The notes under the pieces: model-generated
What the model was told of the DNA's origin: nothing
Databases searched by the model: none
The model's input: the letters and a program-made list of their open reading frames with translations, nothing else
Position numbers and translations under genes: made by a program
IMG/VR virus record: IMGVR_UViG_3300027969_000001
Location: 1 to 64,000 of that record
Strand: one strand, 5' to 3'
Source of the DNA: a virus
DNA length: 64,000 bases
In this document: positions 11,651 to 25,979 of the stretch, in pieces
How the letters are laid out: the number at the start of each line of letters is the position of its first letter
Numbering within the stretch: position 1 is the stretch's first letter

Positions 11651-13191
11651 TTATACAACCATTCTTCGTCTGTGGATGTTAATTCTCTAAGAGCAGTTGC
11701 ATGGTCAACCAATTCATGATTGTGACGATTCTGTCTCATCTTGTCAATTTCGTAAAAAATTGCTTCGCGCAAAACCATCATGTTCATGGCTCTAGTGCAT
11801 GCGTCTTTGCTAATTAATCCCTGCCCTTGAGCCACGTGAGCTATGTGTGGTGTTTGAAAAAGCTCACCAGAACTGTTTTCAAAGTCATAGCGCGATGGTG
11901 GGCGCTCAGACCATAGTTCTATCAATTCTTGCAATTCGTCGTTTACTGGCATGTTAGACATTGCTTCCCAAAAAGGAGAGTCTTTTCTATCTGTGTGATA
12001 GTGCAGACGAATCATAGTGAGAATGTTTCGCATCATCTTTTCAAAACCTTTATTAAAATGCTTTTGCGAAGCAGTATGTCCAGGAGCGTATGACGCTATA
12101 TAGGATATGGCTTGACGGACTTGTTGAATAGTTGAACCAATACTTGTAGCTTCAAGCGGTTCAACAAAAGAAGAAGCAAGACCTATGGCCATACAGTTCT
12201 TTACCCATACATTTTTTAAATAGCCAGCATCAAAGGAAATGACCCGAGGGTTGTCAATCTTATAGCCACTCATTTTTTCAGCTTCGATAACGGCATCTTC
12301 TGCAGATATGAAATCAGAAGAAAATACATAACCGTTACCACGGCGTTCCTGTGTTGGAATTTCCCACATCCAGCCAGAAGATGCTGCTCGCGCTCTGGTG
12401 TATGGGCGGATTCGACCATTTGGGTCGCTTTCGGTTGGAAAAGCAATAGCAGTATTGCTAAGTAGATACTTATTAAAAGACACCCATTCGTCGTTGCCTA
12501 GTTTATTCATTAGCACCCTAGAAAATCCGGAAGCGTCAAACCAAAACGAGGCCGATACTTCGTCTCCTTGAGATGTTGTTATCGTATTGATATTTCCTGT
12601 TTCGGAATCAAGAATTACTTCGGCCACTTCTCCGTCAACAAACTTAATATTGCGGCTAAATGCTAACGACGTAAAAAATTCATTCAATTTAAAAGTGTCA
12701 AAATGAAATTGATTAGTACTCTTATGCAACCCAGCACGGGGTATTTTATCTTTGACTATTCCGACACTGGATGTATTAGGCGTAAATAATCTGTCTTGTT
12801 CAAGAAGGCCCATATAAACACCAAATAGACCAAAAGCAAAAATGTCATCTACGGCACCAACGCTATGAAAATAGTCAGTATTTTTTGTATGCCAATTTTC
12901 GTAACGAATACCGTATTTGTGTGTAGCTGATGTAGCTATGAGCAGGTCGTCAAGTGGTATCTCACACATGTCCATAAATTGACGCCAATGTTCAGTAGAG
13001 CCTTCACCTACACCAATGATGCCTATCTTTGAAGATGATATGACCGTTACGTCGGACAAGGGAAATGCACGCCTCGCCAAAATAGCAGCAATCAATCCAG
13101 CGGTTCCGGAACCAACAATTGCAATGGGTTCTGGTTTTTGAGATACCGTCCGAAGGTTAATTAAATCTTGGTTAGTTACCATGTCTGACAT
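11647..13191 (-). CDS. Flavin-dependent tryptophan halogenase family protein (PrnA-like)
   Basis: GSGTAG FAD motif, IGVGEGS, WMWEIP (WxWxIP), FVEPLEATSI. Confidence 0.9.
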   Translation of the reverse strand: MSDMVTNQDLINLRTVSQKPEPIAIVGSGTAGLIAAILARRAFPLSDVTVISSSKIGIIGVGEGSTEHWRQFMDMCEIPLDDLLIATSATHKYGIRYENWHTKNTDYFHSVGAVDDIFAFGLFGVYMGLLEQDRLFTPNTSSVGIVKDKIPRAGLHKSTNQFHFDTFKLNEFFTSLAFSRNIKFVDGEVAEVILDSETGNINTITTSQGDEVSASFWFDASGFSRVLMNKLGNDEWVSFNKYLLSNTAIAFPTESDPNGRIRPYTRARAASSGWMWEIPTQERRGNGYVFSSDFISAEDAVIEAEKMSGYKIDNPRVISFDAGYLKNVWVKNCMAIGLASSFVEPLEATSIGSTIQQVRQAISYIASYAPGHTASQKHFNKGFEKMMRNILTMIRLHYHTDRKDSPFWEAMSNMPVNDELQELIELWSERPPSRYDFENSSGELFQTPHIAHVAQGQGLISKDACTRAMNMMVLREAIFYEIDKMRQNRHNHELVDHATALRELTSTDEEWLYK

Positions 13192-13879
13192 ATACAGTAA
13201 ACGCTATCTGTGTTGGGATGTGGAAAGAAGTAAATAGACCTGAGTTAATAATTTGTTGATGAACCAAATAAGCACCAGTCTCGTCTCCATTTTCATAAAG
13301 ATTGCCAAGGTCTGATGCGTTTGAAACAACCAAAACACCATCAGTGCTTATCGAATTAATAACTGCTTCCAAAAGGTGGTCATTAAAACCAAGAGACTGA
13401 CAGTAGACAAGAGCCATATCTTGTGTCCCAGCAAGGGAATCAATATCTGCATAGTCAACTGTAGTGAAGTTGTCAAACAAAGAAGTGTTTGAGTATTTAC
13501 ATACGCTCTGAGTAATGATTGTATTTAGCACTGTTACTTCGTCAACATACGGAGCTATTCTGGTTAAGCTTTCAAGAGCACCAATAACAAGCATATTTTG
13601 CGGCCGGCGCATCCTCACTAGTGCTTCTACGATGTCAACGCAGGCAGCAATTAGGTTTCTGAATTCTGCTTTATCATCTGAGCCTAAAATAAATGAATGG
13701 AACTCATCTACAAAAATAACGCGCTCCAACGGAATCCCAGACGCATCATAAACTTCACGCATTTTTACATAAATTTCTTTCAGTTCATTATCTGAAAGAG
13801 CCGGTGTTAAGTCAGTTTCTGCCCTACTGTGCATTGACCTGGCAATACGAGCCATTTCCTCAATAGTAAAATTAGGCAT
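13172..13879 (-). CDS. Hypothetical protein, possible degenerate Rossmann/methyltransferase fold
   Basis: Long ORF; NMLVIG and STDGVLVV segments; start moved to MPNFT. Confidence 0.45.
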   Translation of the reverse strand: MPNFTIEEMARIARSMHSRAETDLTPALSDNELKEIYVKMREVYDASGIPLERVIFVDEFHSFILGSDDKAEFRNLIAACVDIVEALVRMRRPQNMLVIGALESLTRIAPYVDEVTVLNTIITQSVCKYSNTSLFDNFTTVDYADIDSLAGTQDMALVYCQSLGFNDHLLEAVINSISTDGVLVVSNASDLGNLYENGDETGAYLVHQQIINSGLFTSFHIPTQIAFTVYVRHGN

Positions 13880-14108
13880 TTGTTGCACTTTCAATCTGCG
13901 GAGCCAAAAACTTGGCAAAGTAAAGATGACGCAATTCTCCGTAAGCCCTATTATATTCAGCAGGGCTAAGGTTTGACTTTAAACCATTTTTGACTGTTTT
14001 ATAGTTTTCTTCATTGACCGTCATGTCCGCAACGCCAGCAAGAGCGCAAATACGAATTATTCTTGTTTCCACATACTGCATGTGGTCTTCTAGTGAGTAA
14101 CTAATCAT
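13872..14108 (-). CDS. Hypothetical protein
   Basis: Start moved to MISYS; tightly packed. Confidence 0.5.
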   Translation of the reverse strand: MISYSLEDHMQYVETRIIRICALAGVADMTVNEENYKTVKNGLKSNLSPAEYNRAYGELRHLYFAKFLAPQIESATNA

Positions 14109-14358
14109 CTTCTTCTTCCTGTTTGAATGACGGCATTGGTGTTGACATAAAAACGCACCTAAACTTATCACCTTCGGAGTCAATTACTGCGTGTTGTGTA
14201 AGGTCATATTTTTTGGCAACCCATTCCATTTCGTCATGGTCACTACCTTCTTCATCTTGGTAGTTTTGCTCTTCGCGTTCGGCAACCCCCCAGGGGCGGC
14301 CATTACCACTATGACCCATTGTTTTGAATTGATGAACAAAATAGCCAAATATGCTCAT
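14101..14358 (-). CDS. Hypothetical protein
   Basis: ATGA overlap with oxygenase gene. Confidence 0.5.
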   Translation of the reverse strand: MSIFGYFVHQFKTMGHSGNGRPWGVAEREEQNYQDEEGSDHDEMEWVAKKYDLTQHAVIDSEGDKFRCVFMSTPMPSFKQEEEDD

Positions 14359-14936
14359 CTGAACCACGTCACTAACGAGTATTTGGTACCACTAACAACT
14401 GGATGAGCAATGTGCAGATAAGGAAAATTGCTAGGGAACATAATTACTGTGCCTGCTTCACATTCGACAGTCGTGTCAAACATTGGAAACTCAAGACTTC
14501 CTCCTGATTCAGGAGATACAAGGTTTGCAACCATACTAAAGACACGAGCGTTGTCTCTAAAGTGGTCATAATGCCCATGATACTCAGCTTCGGGCAAGTA
14601 CTTAAGAACCGAATATGGCTCAAATATAGCATTGGCTATTAAATATTCTTTTCTGTAGTCTTCAGAAACTTCAGAAATTTGGTCACGAATAGTTCTATTA
14701 AAAAACTTAGAAAGGTCTGTTTCCGGGTATGGCTTCATAAGTGGAACCAAAGAGCATGACAAAGAAGTGCGGTATTGAGTTACGGTTCCTTGTCCGACGC
14801 CCGAAGAACCCCACCCGAGTTCTGACCATTCGTTTTCTATTTCTTCATTAAGCATATTAATAAAAGCTTGCGCCATATCTGGCTCAAAAGCATCTCTATA
14901 AACAGATATGCAGGTTGCTGGTTTTTCTATTTTCAT
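14355..14936 (-). CDS. 2OG-Fe(II) oxygenase (prolyl 4-hydroxylase-like)
   Basis: HYD...GGSLEF...MFPSNFPYLHIAHPVVSGTKYSLVTW: HxD..H triad and 2OG-binding K. Confidence 0.9.
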   Translation of the reverse strand: MKIEKPATCISVYRDAFEPDMAQAFINMLNEEIENEWSELGWGSSGVGQGTVTQYRTSLSCSLVPLMKPYPETDLSKFFNRTIRDQISEVSEDYRKEYLIANAIFEPYSVLKYLPEAEYHGHYDHFRDNARVFSMVANLVSPESGGSLEFPMFDTTVECEAGTVIMFPSNFPYLHIAHPVVSGTKYSLVTWFR

Positions 14937-15355
14937 ACAACCTCAAAAGAAGAAACTAAAAATTTTTCATTATTATTAAAGACAATAACTTCATATTTGC
15001 CCACTTCGTCAAAACGTGTTCTAAATTTGGCAACATGGCGTTCCAGCATTGATGGTTTGTGCTGCTCTTTTTTGCCCATAGGAGATACGGTTTCCATAAT
15101 AATATCTTTCCCCATTTCAACAAATTCATTTGTTATGTCTACAGAAAATATGTGACCGGACTTTACTATGCCATCCATATTCGATGAAGCAACCTCTGGA
15201 ATGGAGATTATACAAACAGAGTCTTTATTTATTCCATCACCAACTAAACCTGTCCTGATTGACAGTTGAGCATCTTTTGCTAGTTTTTTTGCCTCTTCAG
15301 GGATTTCTAAATCATTTCCTATCAGGAAATGCGGAACATAAACAAAACGTTTCAT
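14933..15355 (-). CDS. Hypothetical protein
   Basis: 140 aa coupled ORF. Confidence 0.55.
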   Translation of the reverse strand: MKRFVYVPHFLIGNDLEIPEEAKKLAKDAQLSIRTGLVGDGINKDSVCIISIPEVASSNMDGIVKSGHIFSVDITNEFVEMGKDIIMETVSPMGKKEQHKPSMLERHVAKFRTRFDEVGKYEVIVFNNNEKFLVSSFEVV

Positions 15356-15588
15356 TGAAGCTCATCTAGCTTGCTTTCAATAAGTTCCAAAGCGGAAACA
15401 AGACCTTTGACTCTGCCGTATTCGCCGGCAAATACACCATCATGGGATACGGGTAGTTCGTCAACTGACGCAAACGTATCAGGGTCTATCCCAATGCGAA
15501 TCAAAATATTATAAATCTCAGTAGTAATTCCAGCTTTTGAATTACGAAGAGCCATCTCTTTTTGTTGGTTATTAAGGCCAAGGTCCAT
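15352..15588 (-). CDS. Hypothetical protein
   Basis: 78 aa with AGGAG RBS. Confidence 0.55.
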   Translation of the reverse strand: MDLGLNNQQKEMALRNSKAGITTEIYNILIRIGIDPDTFASVDELPVSHDGVFAGEYGRVKGLVSALELIESKLDELQ

Positions 15589-15596
15589 TTTTTCTC

Positions 15597-17501
15597 CTAA
15601 ACGTTTAGCAAGACGTATGCACTACCGGATGATGCTGAATAGTTATCAGCGTCAGCCGTAAGTCCTGCTCTTGTGTCGTATGTAATCGTATCAGCTATTG
15701 AGTCTGTAAGCAAGAGTATTGAGCCGCCGCCTCCAGCCCCTCCACGCTTGCCAGTAGAACCAGTCGCTCCAGTTCCGCCAGCGCCACCTGCGCCACCTGC
15801 CCCTCCTGTGCCACCTGCTCCACCAGAACCGCCTGCTCCACCAGAACCGCCTGCTCCACGTAATTGACCCAACCCACCAGCACCGCCTGCATAATGACTT
15901 GGGTGAACATGGTAAGTATGAGGAGCAACATGGTGGTGATGCCATGTTGGAGAAGTGGTTGGGTGATGGGCATGAGTGTGGCTATGGTGAGGCAAGCCAA
16001 AGTGAGCATGAACGTGACCGTCGTGCCCACCAAAAGAACCGTGATAAACCCCCGAGTGATGATAACCGCTTCCGTCTCCATGACTATGTCCACCATGTCC
16101 GTTTGGTTTTTGATGATAGTGAGGGAATGGATATCCATGACTTAATTGGAAATAAGCATGCCACCAATGACCATCCCAGTGATGCGCTCCTCCATGTGGA
16201 CCGTCATTGTGAGGATGGTGATAATGCCCATCATGATGATGGTGCGGGGTTGCGTGAGTGTAGTGATGCCCTTTTGAATGAGCACCAGTATGTGCTCGCG
16301 TGGAGTGGGCATGCCTATCTGAATGGTTATTATAATGATGATGATGCGAATAGTTTCTAGCATCAGGGTTTGGATGTGAGCCGTCCGGGTTGGGGTGAGT
16401 AAGGCTGGGAGCGGCAGCTCCATCTGGACCAAAGCTGGAACCAGTTGGATGAGTGCCAGGACTACCTGGAGAACCATGACCACCAGGGGTGCCAGAGGCT
16501 CCAGGGGTGCCAGAGGCTCCAGTAGTACCAGGAGAACCAGTTGCTCCCGGGCTGCCAGCAGAACCGGCAGAACCAGACATGCCGAGGGACACAAACTTTC
16601 CTGAACCTGATATTTTTTTAGCAATTACACAAACAATTCCACCGCCCATGCCGCTAGTTCCGCCAGCACCGCCAGTACCGCCAGCACCAGGTGAACCACT
16701 TGCACCACGACTTCCACTTGCACCAGATACGCCAACAGAGCCAGGACTTCCACTTGCACCAGGACTTCCACTTGCACCAGATACGCCAACAGAGCCAGGA
16801 CTTCCACTTGCACCAGGACTTCCACTTGCACCTTGTGAACCTGGGTTGCCTCGTCCACCAGGAGCATTAACCGTTGTTGCGTTTGGAGGATATGCACCAG
16901 TAGCACCAGCCGCACCAGGGGTTCCAGCCGCGCCAGGACTGCCGGTAGCACCAGGACTGCCACTTGCGCCAGGACTTCCAGTAGCACCAGGACTTCCTGT
17001 AGCGCCAGCTCCAGTAGCCCCCGAATCCCCAATGGAACCAGTTGTTCCCCTAGAGCCACCAGCCATAGGAAGAACTCCGAGCGTTGGGTCCATCATCATC
17101 CCGCCAGACATTGCATTAATGTCTTTATATAAGAACGACGGTAATGCCGTTACTCCAGGACTAGTTCCGCCTCCGCCTTGACCACCAGTTCTGTATGTTA
17201 TTGCGCCACTTGTGTGTCCCTTTAAGCTTGCGTTTGCGACTGCAGATGCGGGTTCACCAACAACTCCAGCAGATACGGAACCGATTCCGATATACCCATT
17301 GTTGGTCAATGTGTTTTTTACAAAAACCCTGTATCCATTTGTATTTAAAAATATGCCAGAGCTAATAGTCAGATTGTTGTAGTACATATCCGACGTAATT
17401 GTTGTATCTGATGTAATAGTTACGTCACCGTCAGCACCAGTTCCGTAAACGGCATCGTTTGCCGTACGGGAAACATTTGCTTCAATTCTTGATACTGCCA
17501 T
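15597..17501 (-). CDS. Gly-rich virion protein with collagen-like and His-rich insertions
   Basis: GxxGxx repeats and a ~170 aa His-rich block inside a domain shared with the neighbouring gene. Confidence 0.7.
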   Translation of the reverse strand: MAVSRIEANVSRTANDAVYGTGADGDVTITSDTTITSDMYYNNLTISSGIFLNTNGYRVFVKNTLTNNGYIGIGSVSAGVVGEPASAVANASLKGHTSGAITYRTGGQGGGGTSPGVTALPSFLYKDINAMSGGMMMDPTLGVLPMAGGSRGTTGSIGDSGATGAGATGSPGATGSPGASGSPGATGSPGAAGTPGAAGATGAYPPNATTVNAPGGRGNPGSQGASGSPGASGSPGSVGVSGASGSPGASGSPGSVGVSGASGSRGASGSPGAGGTGGAGGTSGMGGGIVCVIAKKISGSGKFVSLGMSGSAGSAGSPGATGSPGTTGASGTPGASGTPGGHGSPGSPGTHPTGSSFGPDGAAAPSLTHPNPDGSHPNPDARNYSHHHHYNNHSDRHAHSTRAHTGAHSKGHHYTHATPHHHHDGHYHHPHNDGPHGGAHHWDGHWWHAYFQLSHGYPFPHYHQKPNGHGGHSHGDGSGYHHSGVYHGSFGGHDGHVHAHFGLPHHSHTHAHHPTTSPTWHHHHVAPHTYHVHPSHYAGGAGGLGQLRGAGGSGGAGGSGGAGGTGGAGGAGGAGGTGATGSTGKRGGAGGGGSILLLTDSIADTITYDTRAGLTADADNYSASSGSAYVLLNV

Positions 17502-17503
17502 AT

Positions 17504-18267
17504 TTACACCTGTTGAATATAGTAGTAGGTTCCTGCGTTTTGTCCAGTTACGTCTGTTGATATCCCAGATGGCAAAGATGCGTTAGAGGAGACAATCAGA
17601 ATCACTCCGCCACCAGCAGGAGCAGTACCTGGCGCTTTTATGTAAGCCGTACCTGATGCTGGACCAGAAATATAACGAGCGGCAAGAATTACTACTCCGC
17701 CTCCCGCTTGACCAGAACCACCAGCACCACCGCGAAGAAAAGTAGGTCCGCCTGATGCGGTGATTGAGTATCCAGTAATTGCTTGAGTCGGAACCTTGAA
17801 GTAGTTACTTCCACCCATCGCCGCAGTCGGAGCTGTTGCTGTATACCCAGTAGCAGAACCACCTAAAGAATGAGTGACAGCAGTAGTGGCTGCTCCGCCT
17901 TGAGCAATAGAACCAGCAGTTGCATACCCAGTCGTGTAGCCAATCGTGGAGTTAGTTCCATCAAACTTAAGCATTCCTTTAACGAAAATCCTATAACCAT
18001 TTGGTTGAAGTCGACAACTTGTATTGATAGTCAAGTCATTGAAAAACATATCCGTAGTCATTGTGTAAACGCTTGCAGACGGAGCCATACCCAAGACTGT
18101 TGTAGTTCCGTCTAGGGTCGCATCACCATCTGCGCCAGTTCCGTAAACAGAGTCAACGCCTTCGTTGTAGTAGGCGTTCCATACAGAACCATCCCATTGC
18201 CAACTCTTAGAGCCGACAGTGTAAACCTGGTTTGTATATGGAGATGAAGGAAAAGTTATTGCAGGCA

Positions 18268-18268
<1 letters not shown>
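17504..18268 (-). CDS. Gly-rich virion protein, short paralogue of 15597-17501
   Basis: Shared VYGTGADGD...NGYRIFVK and GGGVIL motifs; AITFPSSP N-terminus. Confidence 0.65.
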
Positions 18269-20456
<2,188 letters not shown>

Positions 20457-20458
20457 TT

Positions 20459-20809
20459 CTATTCTCCATCCGATGGAATATTGTCTGTCCTGACACCCCA
20501 TGGACTAGAGCCATTAGTCAAGTCCCAGTTATCCCAAGAGGCAGGGTATCCCGTGCGTGGAGGCAGAGGAAGTTGAAGAGTGTTTTCTAAAGGACGAGAA
20601 ACAGTAGAGGTTATGTCTCTCATTTCTTGCCTCCATACACGCCAGTCGTTTTTAATTTCCTCAGAAAGAGGGCAGTCTGGCATTTGTGTCCAATCTGATT
20701 CTTTTAGAAGAACATCACGCATTTCACGAAGTGCTTGAGCAAGTTCTTCTTGTGTTTGCGCATATGTACCAGTTGTTGAAAGTGTCCAACCATAAATTTG
20801 AATTAACAT
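20459..20809 (-). CDS. Tail fibre assembly chaperone
   Basis: RDVLLKESDWTQMPD...WRVWRQEMRDIT motif. Confidence 0.8.
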   Translation of the reverse strand: MLIQIYGWTLSTTGTYAQTQEELAQALREMRDVLLKESDWTQMPDCPLSEEIKNDWRVWRQEMRDITSTVSRPLENTLQLPLPPRTGYPASWDNWDLTNGSSPWGVRTDNIPSDGE

Positions 20810-20810
20810 G

Positions 20811-23618
<2,808 letters not shown>

Positions 23619-23646
23619 CTATGTTATTGCCCCTCAGGGCAAGGCG

Positions 23647-23835
23647 TTAAGCCTTTTTGCCGAAAGCTGTATCTTTTGGATTCAGATAACGAAGGATAAC
23701 AGGTAGTGCTGCTGCCCAAAGAGCATTAGCAGTAAGTTTGATATCGTTCGTTGCTGCGTATGTTGCGACTGCTGCACCAAGGACGCTTCTTGCGTACGAT
23801 GCTGCCATTGCTTTTTGTTCTGCTGTGATTTTCAT
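23647..23835 (-). CDS. Small holin-like membrane protein
   Basis: SYARSVLGAAVA...LPVILRYLNPKD.AFG pattern. Confidence 0.5.
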   Translation of the reverse strand: MKITAEQKAMAASYARSVLGAAVATYAATNDIKLTANALWAAALPVILRYLNPKDTAFGKKA

Positions 23836-23841
23836 GTTTTC

Positions 23842-25140
23842 CTATCCAGTTACAACGATGTGGAAATCGTCGGCACCGATTGTTGAGCCATTGATTGTTA
23901 CTACGACCGCGTCTACGCTTGAACGAACAACATCACAGTTGACAGTTTCACCAGTGGATACTTGGTAAACCTGAACAAGAACGTTCTTTGTGTTAAATTT
24001 GTGCGTGACGGTCGTGACCGAAGTAGTGCCAGAAGAAGCGGCACATGCTTGGTCGGCAACACGAGCAAGTACTGAAGTACTAGTTGTTACAGCACCAGCA
24101 GTTGTCTTGATACCAAGGGCTGCACGAGCATCAGCGGCTGTTGAGGAGCCAGTACCACCATCTGCAACGGCAATGTCTGTACCATTCCATGTACCAGAAC
24201 TGATTGTTCCAACCGTTGTAATTGAAGACTGACCAACATAACTGGCGTGAATATCAATGGCGTTTGCAGTTACATCAATACGGCTTGCTGTTCCAACAGC
24301 ATTGATGGTGTTTCCGTCTTTTGTAAGACCGTCACCAGCAATAACTTGTCCAGCGCCAGAGAACTGAACAAATGTAAGGCCAGTTGTTCCAAGAGTAATT
24401 GTGTCGTTTGTTGTAAGAACAAAACCGTTGTCGGCATTTACATCACCTTCAGAAACAAAGGTAAACATTCCTGTCGTAACTTTTGCTGATGTATTTGCGT
24501 CGTCTGCACGGGAAGCCGCACCTGCCCCAGAAGCAACAGCTACATAAATACCGTTCTCGGATGCTGTGGCCTGGTTTTTAACAAGAACACGGTCGCCTTC
24601 AGCAAGCGTTACTCCGTCAATTGCATCGCCGGCCTCAAGACCTGAAGCCAATAAAACTGCACCGGTTGTGGCAACCCTAACGGAAGCCTTAACATCAAGA
24701 CCTTGACGAGCGGCGTCTACATAACCTTTGTTGGCAGCATGACCGTCAGCAGTTGGGTTAGCAACGCTGATGTTTCCGTTTCCGTCGCGCTTGGCTATCT
24801 TGCCGTTAGTGGCAGCATCGGTTGCGTCGTTAAGGGCATTCCAGAAGTCGGAAGATAAGAGACCCGCGTTTGAGGTGTCCGCAAGGTTGAGAGTGATGGT
24901 AACAGTGCCGTTTGACTCATCAAGAGTAATGGCGTTGGTGTGAGAGCCACCCTTTGCAATGTTATTAACAACCTTACGCCATGCACCATTGCCGTAGACC
25001 AGGATTGAATCTGTGGTGCTATTAAAGACCATCCGGCCTTCAAAGTTGCCTTCAGCAGGGTTGGTTGCAACAACTTGAAAGGTTGCGTTAATCAGCTCGT
25101 TTTGATTAAGGTCAATATTTGTGAGAAATTTTTGTGCCAT
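23842..25140 (-). CDS. Tail fibre / virion structural protein
   Basis: GLDVKASVRVATT, GDRVLVKNQ..SENGIY, FVQFSGAG motifs. Confidence 0.75.
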   Translation of the reverse strand: MAQKFLTNIDLNQNELINATFQVVATNPAEGNFEGRMVFNSTTDSILVYGNGAWRKVVNNIAKGGSHTNAITLDESNGTVTITLNLADTSNAGLLSSDFWNALNDATDAATNGKIAKRDGNGNISVANPTADGHAANKGYVDAARQGLDVKASVRVATTGAVLLASGLEAGDAIDGVTLAEGDRVLVKNQATASENGIYVAVASGAGAASRADDANTSAKVTTGMFTFVSEGDVNADNGFVLTTNDTITLGTTGLTFVQFSGAGQVIAGDGLTKDGNTINAVGTASRIDVTANAIDIHASYVGQSSITTVGTISSGTWNGTDIAVADGGTGSSTAADARAALGIKTTAGAVTTSTSVLARVADQACAASSGTTSVTTVTHKFNTKNVLVQVYQVSTGETVNCDVVRSSVDAVVVTINGSTIGADDFHIVVTG

Positions 25141-25152
25141 TTTTACTCTACC

Positions 25153-25461
25153 TTACGTGAGATATGCTTTACCAGAAAACGCCGCAGAAAACGTCACCGT
25201 AATCTGAGTATTACTATTGTATTGTACCTCACCGAATACATGCGTATTTGCAGAATCAACTATGGTTACAGACGGGAACCCGCCGAGACTATGGGTTATT
25301 ACCCATGTTGCGGATGACGTACCTTGTTCAAAGACGTATCTTCTTGTGTTTCCGGCATTTGCGGCCAGTCTGACAACTACTTGATTAGGGGCGTCCTGGT
25401 TAACTATTACCTGATTTGCTGTGTCCTCGTTGACTATTACGTTGTTTGGGACATTGCTCAT
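25153..25461 (-). CDS. Virion structural protein
   Basis: WVITHSLGGFPSVTIVD...FSAAFSGKAYL pattern. Confidence 0.55.
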   Translation of the reverse strand: MSNVPNNVIVNEDTANQVIVNQDAPNQVVVRLAANAGNTRRYVFEQGTSSATWVITHSLGGFPSVTIVDSANTHVFGEVQYNSNTQITVTFSAAFSGKAYLT

Positions 25462-25841
25462 CTTGTGACCTCAGGGCTGACGGTAAATATTCCCTGAAGA
25501 ATCCTGGACACTTCTCCACCGTTATTAATTATTTCAATATCGTACACGCCACTGCTTTGAAGAGTCGCTGTCAGTTCATCTGCCATATATATGTTTATAT
25601 GGTTTATTGAACCAGGAGTTTGATTGATGATTATTCTGCCGTTTTCCGTAGTAAGGGTAACCATCGCCGTTGAACTATCTATAGTTCTTCTTACCTGCAT
25701 TCGTGCCGTATAACCATTTAAATCAAAAACAGCAAAAGTCTGACCAGTTGGGTCCGCCACAAGGTCTGGTTGTTCTAATTCTATTAGGCGTGAAAAAGTA
25801 GAGCCTTGTTCGCATGTGAAATTATAAGTTCCTGCTCTCAC
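25458..25841 (-). CDS. Tail-fibre attachment protein (LtfC/BppU-like)
   Basis: EQGSTF, DLNGYTARMQVR, GVYDIEI, RILQG..VSPEVTR. Confidence 0.6.
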   Translation of the reverse strand: MRAGTYNFTCEQGSTFSRLIELEQPDLVADPTGQTFAVFDLNGYTARMQVRRTIDSSTAMVTLTTENGRIIINQTPGSINHINIYMADELTATLQSSGVYDIEIINNGGEVSRILQGIFTVSPEVTR

Positions 25842-25979
25842 TTGGTATTCACTCCTGAAATGGTCGGCGTAGATTGCTGCTCTAAGTGTAGATTATTTAG
25901 CCAATTTTCCTTGTGAGTATTGAGGATTGACGTTCTGGTCGTATTTAGTTAGGCAACATTTATTAGTAGTTTTTATTAA

